Source: an uncultured delta proteobacterium
GTDB taxonomy: Bacteria; Desulfobacterota; Desulfobaccia; Desulfobaccales; 0-14-0-80-60-11
DNA: 64,000 nucleotides
Reading direction: 5' to 3'
NCBI GenBank assembly: GCA_963768765.1
Contig: CAVYJK010000024.1
Coordinates: 26,167-90,166 of the forward strand
Below the pieces are notes generated by a model. It ran no database searches, had not been told where the DNA came from, and was given only the letters and a program-made list of their open reading frames with translations. Each line of letters opens with the position of its first letter. Position 1 is the stretch's first letter. The position numbers were made by a program, and so were the translations under genes. This document shows, one piece after another, positions 51,733-61,930 of this stretch.

Positions 51733-52092
51733 ATGAAACTGCTGTTCATAATTTCCAAGGGCTTGGAGAAGTCCGGCGGCGCCACCCGGGCCATGCAGTT
51801 TGCGTCCCTGGCGGCGCAGCAGGGGAACCACGTGGAGGTCTTCCTCATCGATGATGCGGTGCATTGGGCCCAGGCGGGCATGGCCGAAGGCATCCGGGCC
51901 ACCACCGGCGAGTCCCTGAAGGACTTCCTGGATCTGCTCGCCAGCCGCGAGCACCCCATCCACGTTTGCAAGGGCTGCGCCGACAAGCGCCTGATTTCCC
52001 CGGACGACTTGATCGACGGCTCCCTGCTCTCCCCGGCCCCGGTGGTGGTGGAGATGATGGCCAGCCCGGATTACAAGGTGTTCACGTTTTAG
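51733..52092 (+). CDS. DsrE/DsrF/TusD-like sulfur-relay family protein
   Basis: RBS AAGGAG. The layout (MKLLFIISKG...VEVFLIDDAV...HVCKGCADKR...KVFTF) resembles the DsrE-like fold family. Confidence 0.55.
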   Translation: MKLLFIISKGLEKSGGATRAMQFASLAAQQGNHVEVFLIDDAVHWAQAGMAEGIRATTGESLKDFLDLLASREHPIHVCKGCADKRLISPDDLIDGSLLSPAPVVVEMMASPDYKVFTF

Positions 52093-52134
52093 GTTTTCGG
52101 TTGTCGGTTTCCGGTAACAGGCAATATGGACAGA

Positions 52135-52232
52135 TAAGTTAGCCTGGGAAGTCGGGGCCATCGGCCCCGCCGTCCCAGGCCCTTATGCGGGTTGGGAGGG
52201 GCGGCCTCTGGCCCCCTCCCTGCAAAGCCCTC
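52135..52232. repeat. Middle plus right modules of the G-rich repeat (half element)
   Basis: TAAGTTAGCCTGGGAAGTCGGGGCC..GGCCCCGCCGTCCCAGGCCCTTATGCGGGTTGGGAGGGGCGGCC..GGCCCCCTCCC. Confidence 0.75.
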
Positions 52233-52419
52233 TGGGAGCAGTCAGAAGGGGGAAGCCTTAGCAACTAACTGGTAAAAAATGAGGGAAGACTCAGGAAAAG
52301 CGGAAGAAATATGGAAATTGCCCCAAGTCTGTGTTAAATTCTTATCAAGATTCCTCCAATAAATGGACGGCTTGGATCCGAATCCGGTTTGGACCGAGAC
52401 TTGAAAGGAGGGGAACCGT

Positions 52420-53037
52420 ATGGACTGCCTTCCGCGCACTGACCGGGGGGCTTTTTTTTCCGAATCCGCCGAGGCCTTGAAATTCACCGAGGCCCTGGAC
52501 CAGATGCACGAGGAGTTGGGCGGGGTGCTCTCCCGACTGACCCCGGACCTGGCCGAGACCTTGATCAGGGAAGTTCAAGCCGCGCCTCGCATTTTCGGCT
52601 GCGCCACCGGCCGCTCCGGCTTTATCCTCCGGGGCTTCTTGATGCGTCTCATGCACCTGGGCTTCAACGTCTATTTCGTGGGGGAGACCATCACCCCGCG
52701 CATCCGCCCGGGCGACCTGCTTATCATCATGTCCGGCTCGGGAGAGACGGCCCAACCCCGGGAGATGCAGCGCCGGGCCAACGCCGTGGGGGCCCGCACC
52801 CTGGCCCTGACCACCCACCGGGAATCCACCATCGGCCGGGAAGCCCAGGTGGTCCTCATCATCCCCGGCACCACCAAACTGACCCGGACCCAGGAGGCCG
52901 CCTCGGTGCAATGCCCCGGCAGCCTCTTCGAACAGGCCACCTTCCTCTTCCTGGAAGCCGTGGTGCTCATCCTCTACCAAAGACGCCTGGGCCACGACCA
53001 GGAAGAAATCCTGGACCGCCATACGGATTTGGAGTGA
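52420..53037 (+). CDS. hxlB: 6-phospho-3-hexuloisomerase (SIS domain)
   Basis: GCATGRSGFILRGFLMRLMHLGF...IIMSGSGET is a typical SIS/PHI sequence. The gene is adjacent to HPS. Confidence 0.75.
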   Translation: MDCLPRTDRGAFFSESAEALKFTEALDQMHEELGGVLSRLTPDLAETLIREVQAAPRIFGCATGRSGFILRGFLMRLMHLGFNVYFVGETITPRIRPGDLLIIMSGSGETAQPREMQRRANAVGARTLALTTHRESTIGREAQVVLIIPGTTKLTRTQEAASVQCPGSLFEQATFLFLEAVVLILYQRRLGHDQEEILDRHTDLE

Positions 53038-53040
53038 TTA

Positions 53041-53234
53041 TTTGGGGGAGGGGGCTAAGGGCTTTTTCGTAAGGGCCCTTACCCCCTCCCCAAGCCCCAC
53101 CCCCAATCCCCTAAGTTTTAGGCTGGGAAGTCGGGGCCGCAGGCCACGCCTTCCCAGCCCCTTATGCGGGTTGGGAGGGGGATTGGGGGAGGGCAGGGAC
53201 CCTCGGTCCCTGGCCCTCCCCCAAAATCTTCTCT
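53041..53234. repeat. Full copy of the composite G-rich three-hairpin intergenic repeat
   Basis: Same modular layout as the other full copies. It fills the PHI-HPS spacer. Confidence 0.85.
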
Positions 53235-53246
53235 CAGGAAAAAACT

Positions 53247-54539
53247 ATGGCTGCCATCTTACAATTAGCCTTGGATTTTGTGGATTTGCACCGGGCCGTG
53301 CACGTGGCCGAGCGGGCGGTGCCCGCGGGGGTGGATTGGGTGGAGGCCGGCACTCCCCTGATCAAGAGTGAGGGCCTGGATGCGGTGCGGGAGTTGAAGC
53401 GCCTGTTTCCGGGCAAGGCCATCGTGGCGGACATGAAGATCATGGACGCGGGGCGCATCGAAGTGGAGGCCGCGGCCAAGGCCGGGGCCCAGATCATCGA
53501 CGTCCTGGGCACCGCCGTCCGACGCCACCATCGAGGAGTGCGTCGCCGCCGGCAAGAATTACGGGGCCCGCATCGTGGTGGACCTCATCGCGGTGGCCGA
53601 CCCGGTGGTCCGGGCCAAGCAGGTGGAGGAGCTGGGGGTGGACTACATCACGGTGCACGTGGCCATTGACGAGCAGATGCGGGGCCGGGACCCCTTTACC
53701 ATCTTACAGGCGGTGAGCCAGGCGGTGCAGATCCCGGTGGGGGTGGCCGGCGGCATCAACTCCGAGACCGCGGCCCCAGCGGTGGCCCACGGCGCCTCCT
53801 ACGTCATCGTGGGCGGGGCCATCACCAAGGCCCTGGACCCCGAAGCCGCCACCCGGGAGATTAGGTTGGCCCTGGACGAAGGGGTGGTGACCCCCACCAC
53901 CCTGTTTAAAAGGGTAGGCGAAGAAGAGATTCGCCGGGTGCTGGAGATGGTCTCGGCGGCCAACCTTTCCGACGCCCTGCACCGGGGCGGGGTGCTGGAG
54001 GGGCTCAAACCCCTGTTCCCGGGAATCCGCCTGGTGGGTAAGGCCCTGACGGTGCGCACCTATCCGGGAGATTGGGCCAAGCCGGTGGAGGCCATCGACG
54101 TGGCCCAGCCCGGGGACGTGCTGGTCATCGACGTGGGCGGGGTGGGCCCGGCCATCTGGGGCGAGCTGGCGACGCATTCGGCCATCCAAAAAGGCCTGGC
54201 CGGGGTGGTCATCGACGGGGCCATTAGGGACTCCGGCGACATCGCCAAATTGCGCTTCCCGGCCTTTTCCCGGTTGGTGATGCCCAACGCCGGGGAACCC
54301 CGGGGTTTCGGGGAGATCGGTATGCCCATCCGCATGGGCCACGTCCGGGTGGAGACGGGGGACTGGCTCTTAGGGGACGACGACGGGGTGACGGCGCTGC
54401 CCCAAACGCATCGCGGTGGAGTACGCCAACCGGGCCATGGACGTGCTGGAGAAGGAAAACCGCATCCGGGAGGAGATCAAAGGAAGGCCGCACGCTCGCC
54501 CAGGTGACGGACCTACTGCGGTGGGAGAAGAAGACCTGA
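53247..54539 (+). CDS. hxlA: Bifunctional 3-hexulose-6-phosphate synthase / RraA-like (ribonuclease-regulator/aldolase family) fusion; three frameshifts (about 53517, 54400, 54488)
   Basis: The HPS part is LQLALDFVDL...VDWVEAGTPLIK...IVADMKIMDAG...ITVH...VAGGI...VIVGGAIT. The RraA part is LVGKALTVRTYPGDW...GDVLVIDVGG...GELATHSAIQKGLAGVVIDGAIRD. The tail ...RIAVEYANRAMDVLEKENRIREEIKG/GRTLAQVTDLLRWEKKT is recovered from two other frames. Confidence 0.8.
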
Positions 54540-54739
54540 ATAAAAAGGTAATCGGATTCTACACAACAAGGATAATTTCAAGGGAACTTACCCATTTTGT
54601 GGGTAAGAGTTGGGGAGAAAAATCAGAAAAACAATATTTACTACTTGTAGTAATGTAGGGCGGGCATTGCCCGCCATGCAGGGTACGCGGTTCACACCCT
54701 GCCAAGCACAGGCGAGACGCCTGTGCCACCAGTTGGTTT

Positions 54740-54919
54740 TTAAACCTTTTCGCCTTTTCGCCTTGTGGCCTTTTCCCTCTCATTTTCCTTACAACGCTTC
54801 TTGGCCTCCTTGCGGCAGAGCTCCCAGATGACGCACCCCTGGCGGAACTTGCAGTAGAGGCAGGGGTCGGTGCAGGCCCGGCACTCATCCAGGCATTCCT
54901 GGCAGTACCAGAACTCCAT
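54740..54919 (-). CDS. Small (59 aa) Cys-rich hypothetical protein, below the ORF-track cut-off
   Basis: The sequence is MEFWYCQECLDECRACTDPCLYCKFRQGCVIWELCRKEAKKRCKENEREKATRRKGEKV. It has nine Cys in CxxCxxxCxxC-type spacing. An AT-rich TATAAT-containing region lies upstream at about 54975-55000. The RBS is weak. Confidence 0.4.
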   Translation of the reverse strand: MEFWYCQECLDECRACTDPCLYCKFRQGCVIWELCRKEAKKRCKENEREKATRRKGEKV

Positions 54920-55447
54920 CTTCTGGCATGTAACTACAGGCCTCCCGGTCCGGGTGGAAGCGGCAACTCCTCAGCAATTCCATATAATAATTATATCAAA
55001 AGCGGCAACGCGCCGGGTAACCTCTAACCGTGAAACTCCCCTTGGGTGGGCTGCAAATCAGGTTGGGGGCGGTTGGGGGCGCCTCCGCGCCGTCCTTTCC
55101 GGGCGGGGACGGAAGCCTGTCCAACCGATACCTTCCCTAACTGATACCGATTTGCGTTCCAATGGTTGTTTTTGTAGCCGCAGGCTTTAGCCGGCGCTCC
55201 ACCGGCGAGACGCCTGTGCCACCAGGAAAGGTTGTTAGAAACATCTTCGATTGTTCGCGACTCGGTATGAAAGTGTCCCACGGATAGTTTCGCTTTCCAG
55301 GTTTCCGGCTTAAGGTTAAAAATCTCCCCCATCCCCTTTAAAAAAGGGAAACTTGCTCTTATTGTAAATTACAATGGGAATGATCAGAGGGGTGGGAGAT
55401 GCTCCCAGGGCTTTTCCCAGGTACGCGGTTTAAAAGGTGGAGGACCC

Positions 55448-56128
55448 ATGGACGAAGATAAATACGCCCAGGCCCGGAACAACATGGTGAACACCCAGCT
55501 CATGGTCCGGGGGATTGCCGACCCCCGGGTGCTGGCCGCCATGCGGAAGGTGCCGCGGCACCGCTTCGTGCCCACCTCCCTGTGGGACCAGGCCTACAAC
55601 GATTACCCGCTGCCCATCGGTGAGGACCAGACCATCTCCCAGCCTTACATCGTGGCCCTGATGACCGAGATCCTGGAGCCCAAAGACTCGGACAAGGTGC
55701 TGGAAATCGGCACCGGTTCGGGTTACCAGGCGGCCATCCTGGCGGAGCTGGTGGCCCAGGTTTGCACCATTGACCGGATGGGTCCGCTGACGACCCGGGC
55801 CCAAGAGACGCTAATAGCCCTGGGGTACAAGAATATCAAGAACCGGCTGGGGGACGGCACCCTGGGTTGGCCCGAAGAGTCCCCCTTCGACGGCATCATG
55901 GTCACGGCTGCGGCCCCCCAGGTGCCCCGGCCCCTGACGGAGCAGTTGGCCCTGGGAGGACGGCTGGTGATCCCGGTGGGCGACCGCTACTCCCAGACCC
56001 TGACCTTAATCCGCAAAACCCAAGACGGCTTGAAATACGAATACCACGGCGGCTGCCGCTTCGTGCCCCTGATCGGCAAGTATGGCTGGCAGGAAGGGGA
56101 AGGGCGGGGTGGCATTTTTTCGGATTAA
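55448..56128 (+). CDS. pcm: Protein-L-isoaspartate O-methyltransferase
   Basis: TISQPYIVALMTE, VLEIGTGSGYQAA, and RBS GGTGGAGG. Confidence 0.9.
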   Translation: MDEDKYAQARNNMVNTQLMVRGIADPRVLAAMRKVPRHRFVPTSLWDQAYNDYPLPIGEDQTISQPYIVALMTEILEPKDSDKVLEIGTGSGYQAAILAELVAQVCTIDRMGPLTTRAQETLIALGYKNIKNRLGDGTLGWPEESPFDGIMVTAAAPQVPRPLTEQLALGGRLVIPVGDRYSQTLTLIRKTQDGLKYEYHGGCRFVPLIGKYGWQEGEGRGGIFSD

Positions 56129-56356
56129 TTTGAGGGGAAGGGCCGGGGGAGCAAGTGGTTTGCGGTAAAGGCGGAAAATCAGCCCCTCAGGACGTAGGGG
56201 CGGGGTAACCCGGCCCTTACCCGATTTCAGGCCGGAGGCGGCCGCCACTTCCCCTTCCCGTACCTGATGCACCGGCCCCATTGCCGGCTATCCCGCTTTA
56301 ATCGAAAACCGAAAACTGCAAACCGCAAACCTTCGTAATCCCCTCCGCCGAAAACC

Positions 56357-58232
56357 TCACTCCGACTTGGCCACCCGCTTTTCCGGGAAGTTGGCTTCCA
56401 GGAGCCGTTTGGCCAGGGGGGCGGCCACCGCGCCGCCGCCGCCGCCGTGCTCCACCAGGACCGCCACCGCGATCTGGGGGTCGGAAACCGGGGCATAGGC
56501 CAAAAACCAGGCGTGGTTTTCGGTCTCCACCCCCTTCTTCTTGATCTTTTCCTTTTCCAGGGCCACCACCTGGGCGGTGCCGGTCTTGCCGGCCACCTCC
56601 ACGTTGGGCAGGTTGGCGGCCCGACCGGTGCCTTCGCTGACCACGCCTTGCAGGGCCTTCTGCACGAAGGCCAGGGTGGCGGGGGACGCCCCCAGGCGGG
56701 ATTTCAAGATGGGCTTGGCCTGAAACAGGATGTCGCCCGCGGGGCTTTCCACCTTTTCCACTAGCTGGGGCTCGTAGATATAACCGCCATTGGCCACGGC
56801 CGCGGCCACCTGGGCCATTTGGATGGGGGTGGCGAGGTTGTAGCCCTGGCCGATGGCCACCGACAGGGTGTCGCCTTCGTGCCAGGGCTGGTGGAAACGG
56901 GCCTTCTTCCAGGCCGCGGAGGCCACCAGCCCGACCATTTCCTTGTCCAGCTTTAAGCCGGTGGGCTGACCCAGGCCGAAGCGGTGGCTCCACTTGGCGA
57001 TGCGGTCGATGCCCAGGCGCCGGCCCACGTTATAGAAATAGATGTCGCACGACTGCACCAGGGCCCGGTACAGGTCCACCCCGCCGTGGCCGCCCTTCTT
57101 CCAGCAGTGAAACACGTGGTTGCCGAAGGGCATGGACCCGGAGCAGTGGAACACGGTGCTGGGGGTGATGACTTTTTCCTCCAGGCCGGCCACCGCCATG
57201 ACGATCTTGAAGGTGGAGCCCGGCGGATACTGGCCCTTCAGGGGGCGGTTTTCCAGGGGGTGGTCCCGGGCGGTGCTGAGCCGCTGCCATTCCTGGGCGC
57301 TGAGGCCCCGCTCGAAGGCCTCCTGGGAGAAGGTGGGCGATGAGGCCATGGCCAGGATCTTGCCGGAGCGGGGGTCCAGGACCACGATGGCCCCCATCTT
57401 GCCCTCCAGGCAGGCCTCGGCTTCCTGCTGCAGCTTATCGTCCAGGGTGAGGTAGACGTTGGCCCCGGGGGTGGGAAAGATGCGGTCCAACTGACCCAAC
57501 TCCCGGCCGTAGGCGTCCATTTCGATGCGGCGGTAGCCCCGCTGGCCCCGCAGGTATTTCTCCCAGGCCAGTTCCACCCCGCACCGGCCCAGGTAGTCCC
57601 CCATCTTGTAGCCCGGAAACTTGCCGCCCTTGATCTGAACGTCGGTGATTTCCCCCAGGTAGCCCAGGACGTGGGCCGCCTGCCCTTTGTGGCGGTACTC
57701 CCGTTTGGGCTGGATCTGGACCATCACCCCGGGGAGCTCCGGCTGGTAGGTCTCCACCCGGGCCAGGTCCTCCCAGGAAAGGTCGGCCCGGATCCGCACC
57801 TGGTGGAGGCCGGCGCTCTTGGCGCCGTTGATCTGGGCGGCCAGCTGCTGGGGGTCCAGGCGCAGCAGGGTGGCCAGGCGCCCGGTCAGGACGGGGACGT
57901 CGGCCACGTCTTCCAGCACCACCACCAGTTCATAACTGGGGCGGTTGCCCACCAGCAGATGGCCGTAGCGGTCCAGGATCATGCCCCGCCAGGGGGGAAG
58001 ATCCAGCTGGCGGATGCGGTTGTGTTCCGAGCGCTGCTTAAGTTCATCTCCCTGGGCCAGCTGCAGGAACCAGAGGCGTAGGAACAGGAGCCCGAAGAGG
58101 CACAGGATCACCAGGGCCACGCCGGAGAAGGTCCGGTCGCGCCTGTTCCTGCTCCTCCGGGGGCAGCAGGCCGCCGAAGGTGCCTTCCAGAAACCTGGAT
58201 CTTAGAAAGCCCTTGGGCTCGGCGATTGGCAT
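56357..58232 (-). CDS. mrdA: Penicillin-binding protein 2 (elongasome transpeptidase); frameshift near 58140
   Basis: The STFK (SxxK) active site lies in PPGSTFKIV, and KTGTA is present. The gene is downstream of mreBCD. The N-terminal 30 aa are in ORF 58044..58232. Confidence 0.9.
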
Positions 58233-58248
58233 GGCTGAAAGGTCCCGA

Positions 58249-58776
58249 TCAGGCGAAGGGCCGGTAGGCGTGGCGGTCGCCGGCGGCCCGCCAGCCGAGG
58301 CGGCGCAGGAATTGCTCCAGGCCCTTGACCAGGTGGCGCATCAGGGGTCCCAGGGCCGCGGTCCCCAGGATCTCCCAGGTCTGGTGAACCATCATCTCTG
58401 GGCTGAGGAAAGGGTCCAGTCCGGACATGACGGCGCTGGCCAGGAAGCAGACCTCCTGGAGGGTCAGGGCCACCACGCTGGCCAGCACCTGGGAGCCGAG
58501 GCGCTGCAGCATGAGGCGGCGCCGGAAGAACCGGGCTGCGGCCACCAGCACCAGGGCCGCCCCCAGATGCAGGCCGAAAGGCGTGGTGGCGTAGCTGTCC
58601 TGCAACAGCCCCAGGGCCAGCCCCAGGGTCAAGGCCAGGGACAGAGACGGCCTCAGCCCCACGTAAAACAGGAACAGGGCCAGCAGCCGCAGGTGCACAT
58701 GGGGGAAGAAGAGCAAATTCTGGAGATAGAAGAAGCCCAGGCCCACGGCGTAGAATATGAGAAAAGCGGTGATCAT
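58249..58776 (-). CDS. mreD: Rod shape-determining protein MreD
   Basis: Polytopic hydrophobic 175-aa protein starting MITAFLIFYAV. The ATG overlaps the mreC stop. Confidence 0.75.
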   Translation of the reverse strand: MITAFLIFYAVGLGFFYLQNLLFFPHVHLRLLALFLFYVGLRPSLSLALTLGLALGLLQDSYATTPFGLHLGAALVLVAAARFFRRRLMLQRLGSQVLASVVALTLQEVCFLASAVMSGLDPFLSPEMMVHQTWEILGTAALGPLMRHLVKGLEQFLRRLGWRAAGDRHAYRPFA

Positions 58777-59606
58777 GGCTCGGAGATGGCGATATTGGCA
58801 ACCTTCACCACCAGCACTTCTTCCAGGGCGGAGAGGTCCACCGTGGGCGTCACTTCGATTTCCTGAAAGACGCCGGGGCTTTTCTTGTTGGTACCGGAGA
58901 CCTTGCCGAACACCAGGCCCTTGGGGTAGAGTCCCGCCAGGCCTGAAGCCAGCACCAGGTCCCCCACCTGGACGTCGGCGCTCTTGGGCACGAATTCCAG
59001 GGAGCAGCGGTTGCCGCCCTTGCCCCGGAGAATGCCCCGCACCCGGGTGCGCTGAATCATGGCGTCGGCGCCGCTCTTCTGGTCCACTATGAGCATCACC
59101 TTGGCATACTGGGGGTAGGCCTCCACCACGCGGCCCACGATCCCCTGGGGCGCCAGGATGGGCAGGCCTTCCTTGACCCCCTGGGCCTGGCCCTGGTCGA
59201 TCATGGCGCTGCGGGACCACAGGGACGGGTCATAGCCGATGACCCGGGCCCCGATGACGGGCATCGCCACCTGCCGTTTCAGGTCCAGGAGGGCCTCCAG
59301 GCGGGTCATGGCCTGTTGGGCCTCCTGGAAGCGCACTTCCTTCTGCTTGTATTCCTCCAGGCGCTGCCGGAGGGCCGCGTTTTCCGGTTGCACTCCCACC
59401 AGGTAAAAGTATCCCAGCCAGAGATTCTTGGCGCCCCGGGTCACATAATCCAGGGCCTGAAGGCCCGGGGCGGTGAGGGAGATCATCCACCCTTCCGCCT
59501 TCTTCAAGGCCGGGGAACGCTTCAGGCTCAGAGAGAGTACAGAGAAGACCAGCAGCAGAGCAACGATAATGATCAGCAGGGTGCGGTAGCGACCTTTGGG
59601 GCGCAA
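58773..59606 (-). CDS. mreC: Rod shape-determining protein MreC
   Basis: N-terminal TM helix, a coiled coil, then the GLVFGKV-type beta domains. The gene lies between mreB and mreD. Confidence 0.85.
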   Translation of the reverse strand: MRPKGRYRTLLIIIVALLLVFSVLSLSLKRSPALKKAEGWMISLTAPGLQALDYVTRGAKNLWLGYFYLVGVQPENAALRQRLEEYKQKEVRFQEAQQAMTRLEALLDLKRQVAMPVIGARVIGYDPSLWSRSAMIDQGQAQGVKEGLPILAPQGIVGRVVEAYPQYAKVMLIVDQKSGADAMIQRTRVRGILRGKGGNRCSLEFVPKSADVQVGDLVLASGLAGLYPKGLVFGKVSGTNKKSPGVFQEIEVTPTVDLSALEEVLVVKVANIAISEP

Positions 59607-59617
59607 ATCAATCCGCC

Positions 59618-60661
<1,044 letters not shown>

Positions 60662-60897
60662 TCAACTCCTTTATGGTGGAAACACCGCCTGGAGGTGGTG
60701 GCAGTACCGACTAGAGGATAGAAAGGCGCCCCGTCCCGCAGCGCCGGAGAGGGACTGCAAAAGCTCCTCGCCTTTCTATTGTGCCTACTTACGGGAAAAA
60801 TTCAAGATAAAAATCCCGGGAGGCTCTTGCGGCCCATGGCCGAAGGACCGGGGTCGGCCCCCAACGCCAGGGCAACCCGCAAAATATCCGCGCCTCC

Positions 60898-60928
60898 CTT
60901 GACAAAAGCGCCCATAAATGCTTTATAA
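60898..60928 (+). promoter_or_regulatory. Sigma-70-like promoter upstream of rpmH
   Basis: TTGACA (60898-60903), an 18-19 nt spacer, then TTATAAA (60922-60928). Confidence 0.45.
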
Positions 60929-60965
60929 AATGGTTGGAAAAAGTTCCGGGATTAAGGATGGTTGC

Positions 60966-61100
60966 ATGAAACGCACATACCAGCCCCATAATTTGCGCCG
61001 GTCTCGCACCCACGGCTTCTTGGAGCGGATGAGCACTAAGGGCGGCCGCCGGGTTATCAACCGCCGTCGGGCCAAGGGCCGGAAACGCCTCTCGGTCTAA
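60966..61100 (+). CDS. rpmH: 50S ribosomal protein L34
   Basis: [44 protein letters not shown]. Confidence 0.95.
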   Translation: MKRTYQPHNLRRSRTHGFLERMSTKGGRRVINRRRAKGRKRLSV

Positions 61101-61141
61101 GGGTGGGAGCCTCCTGAGCCGGACCCCGAAACCCCCAACCG

Positions 61142-61520
61142 GTGCCTGCAAACACCCCAACCGCCAAAGGGACTGCCCGATTCAGCAAAGCGGACCGGAT
61201 GCGCCGGCGCGCCGACTTTCTCCGGGCGCAGGCCCAGGGCCGGCGGCTGCACACGCGCCACTTCGGGGTTATGGTGGCGCCCGGGCCCGCCGGCAGCCCC
61301 GCGCCTGGGGCTGGCGGTGACCCGGCGCCTGGGCAAGGCGGTGCGGCGCAACCGGGTGAAACGCTTGCTGCGGGAATTTTTTCGCCGCCACAAAAATCAG
61401 CTGCCCCCCGGGGACCTGGTGATCATGGCCAAAAAGGGGGCCGCGGAGTTGACCTTACGCCAGGTGGAGGAAGAGTTGGGCCCCTTGCTGCTCCGCCGGG
61501 AGAAAGACACCACCAGATGA
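61142..61520 (+). CDS. rnpA: Ribonuclease P protein component; frameshift near 61298
   Basis: FSKADRMRRRADF is in the first frame. RLGLAVTRRLGKAVRRNRVKRLLRE (the RNR motif) is in the second frame (ORF 61317..61520). The gene is downstream of rpmH. Confidence 0.85.
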
Positions 61521-61701
61521 CTAGTACCTGGTTGGGAAGATCAGGTAAGTAATTACGGAATCCTCAAAGAAAGGAATTCAGCTAAAGTCCCCCTTTGGAA
61601 AAGGGGGATTTAGGGGGATTTCAAGCGGTTATAAAAATCCCCCCTAACCCCCCTTTAGAAAAGGGGGGAACAAAAACGGCTTCCAAATATTTCACGAACT
61701 T

Positions 61702-61920
61702 ATGCAACTAATTACTAAAATGGGCCTCTTGCTGATCAGGGCTTACCAGTTGCTGGCCTCGCCCCTGATCCCCAGCTGCTGCCGTTTCGCTCCCAGCTGT
61801 TCCCACTATGCCGCCGAAGCCCTGGCGCGTTACGGCTTCTGGAAGGGCTCGTGGTTGAGCCTCCGGCGCCTGGGCCGCTGCCATCCCTTCAACCCCGGGG
61901 GCTGGGACCCGGTGCCCTGA
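61702..61920 (+). CDS. yidD: Membrane protein insertion efficiency factor YidD
   Basis: YQLLASPLIPSCCRFAPSCSHYA...CHPFNPGGWDPVP. Confidence 0.9.
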   Translation: MQLITKMGLLLIRAYQLLASPLIPSCCRFAPSCSHYAAEALARYGFWKGSWLSLRRLGRCHPFNPGGWDPVP

Positions 61921-61930
61921 GGAGTTTGAC

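Noticed and set aside
49913-53234. Whether the recurring G-rich repeats could be a CRISPR array.
   Set aside because: The copies are tens of kb apart, separated by genes rather than by uniform short spacers, and are internally palindromic composite units. No cas genes are present.
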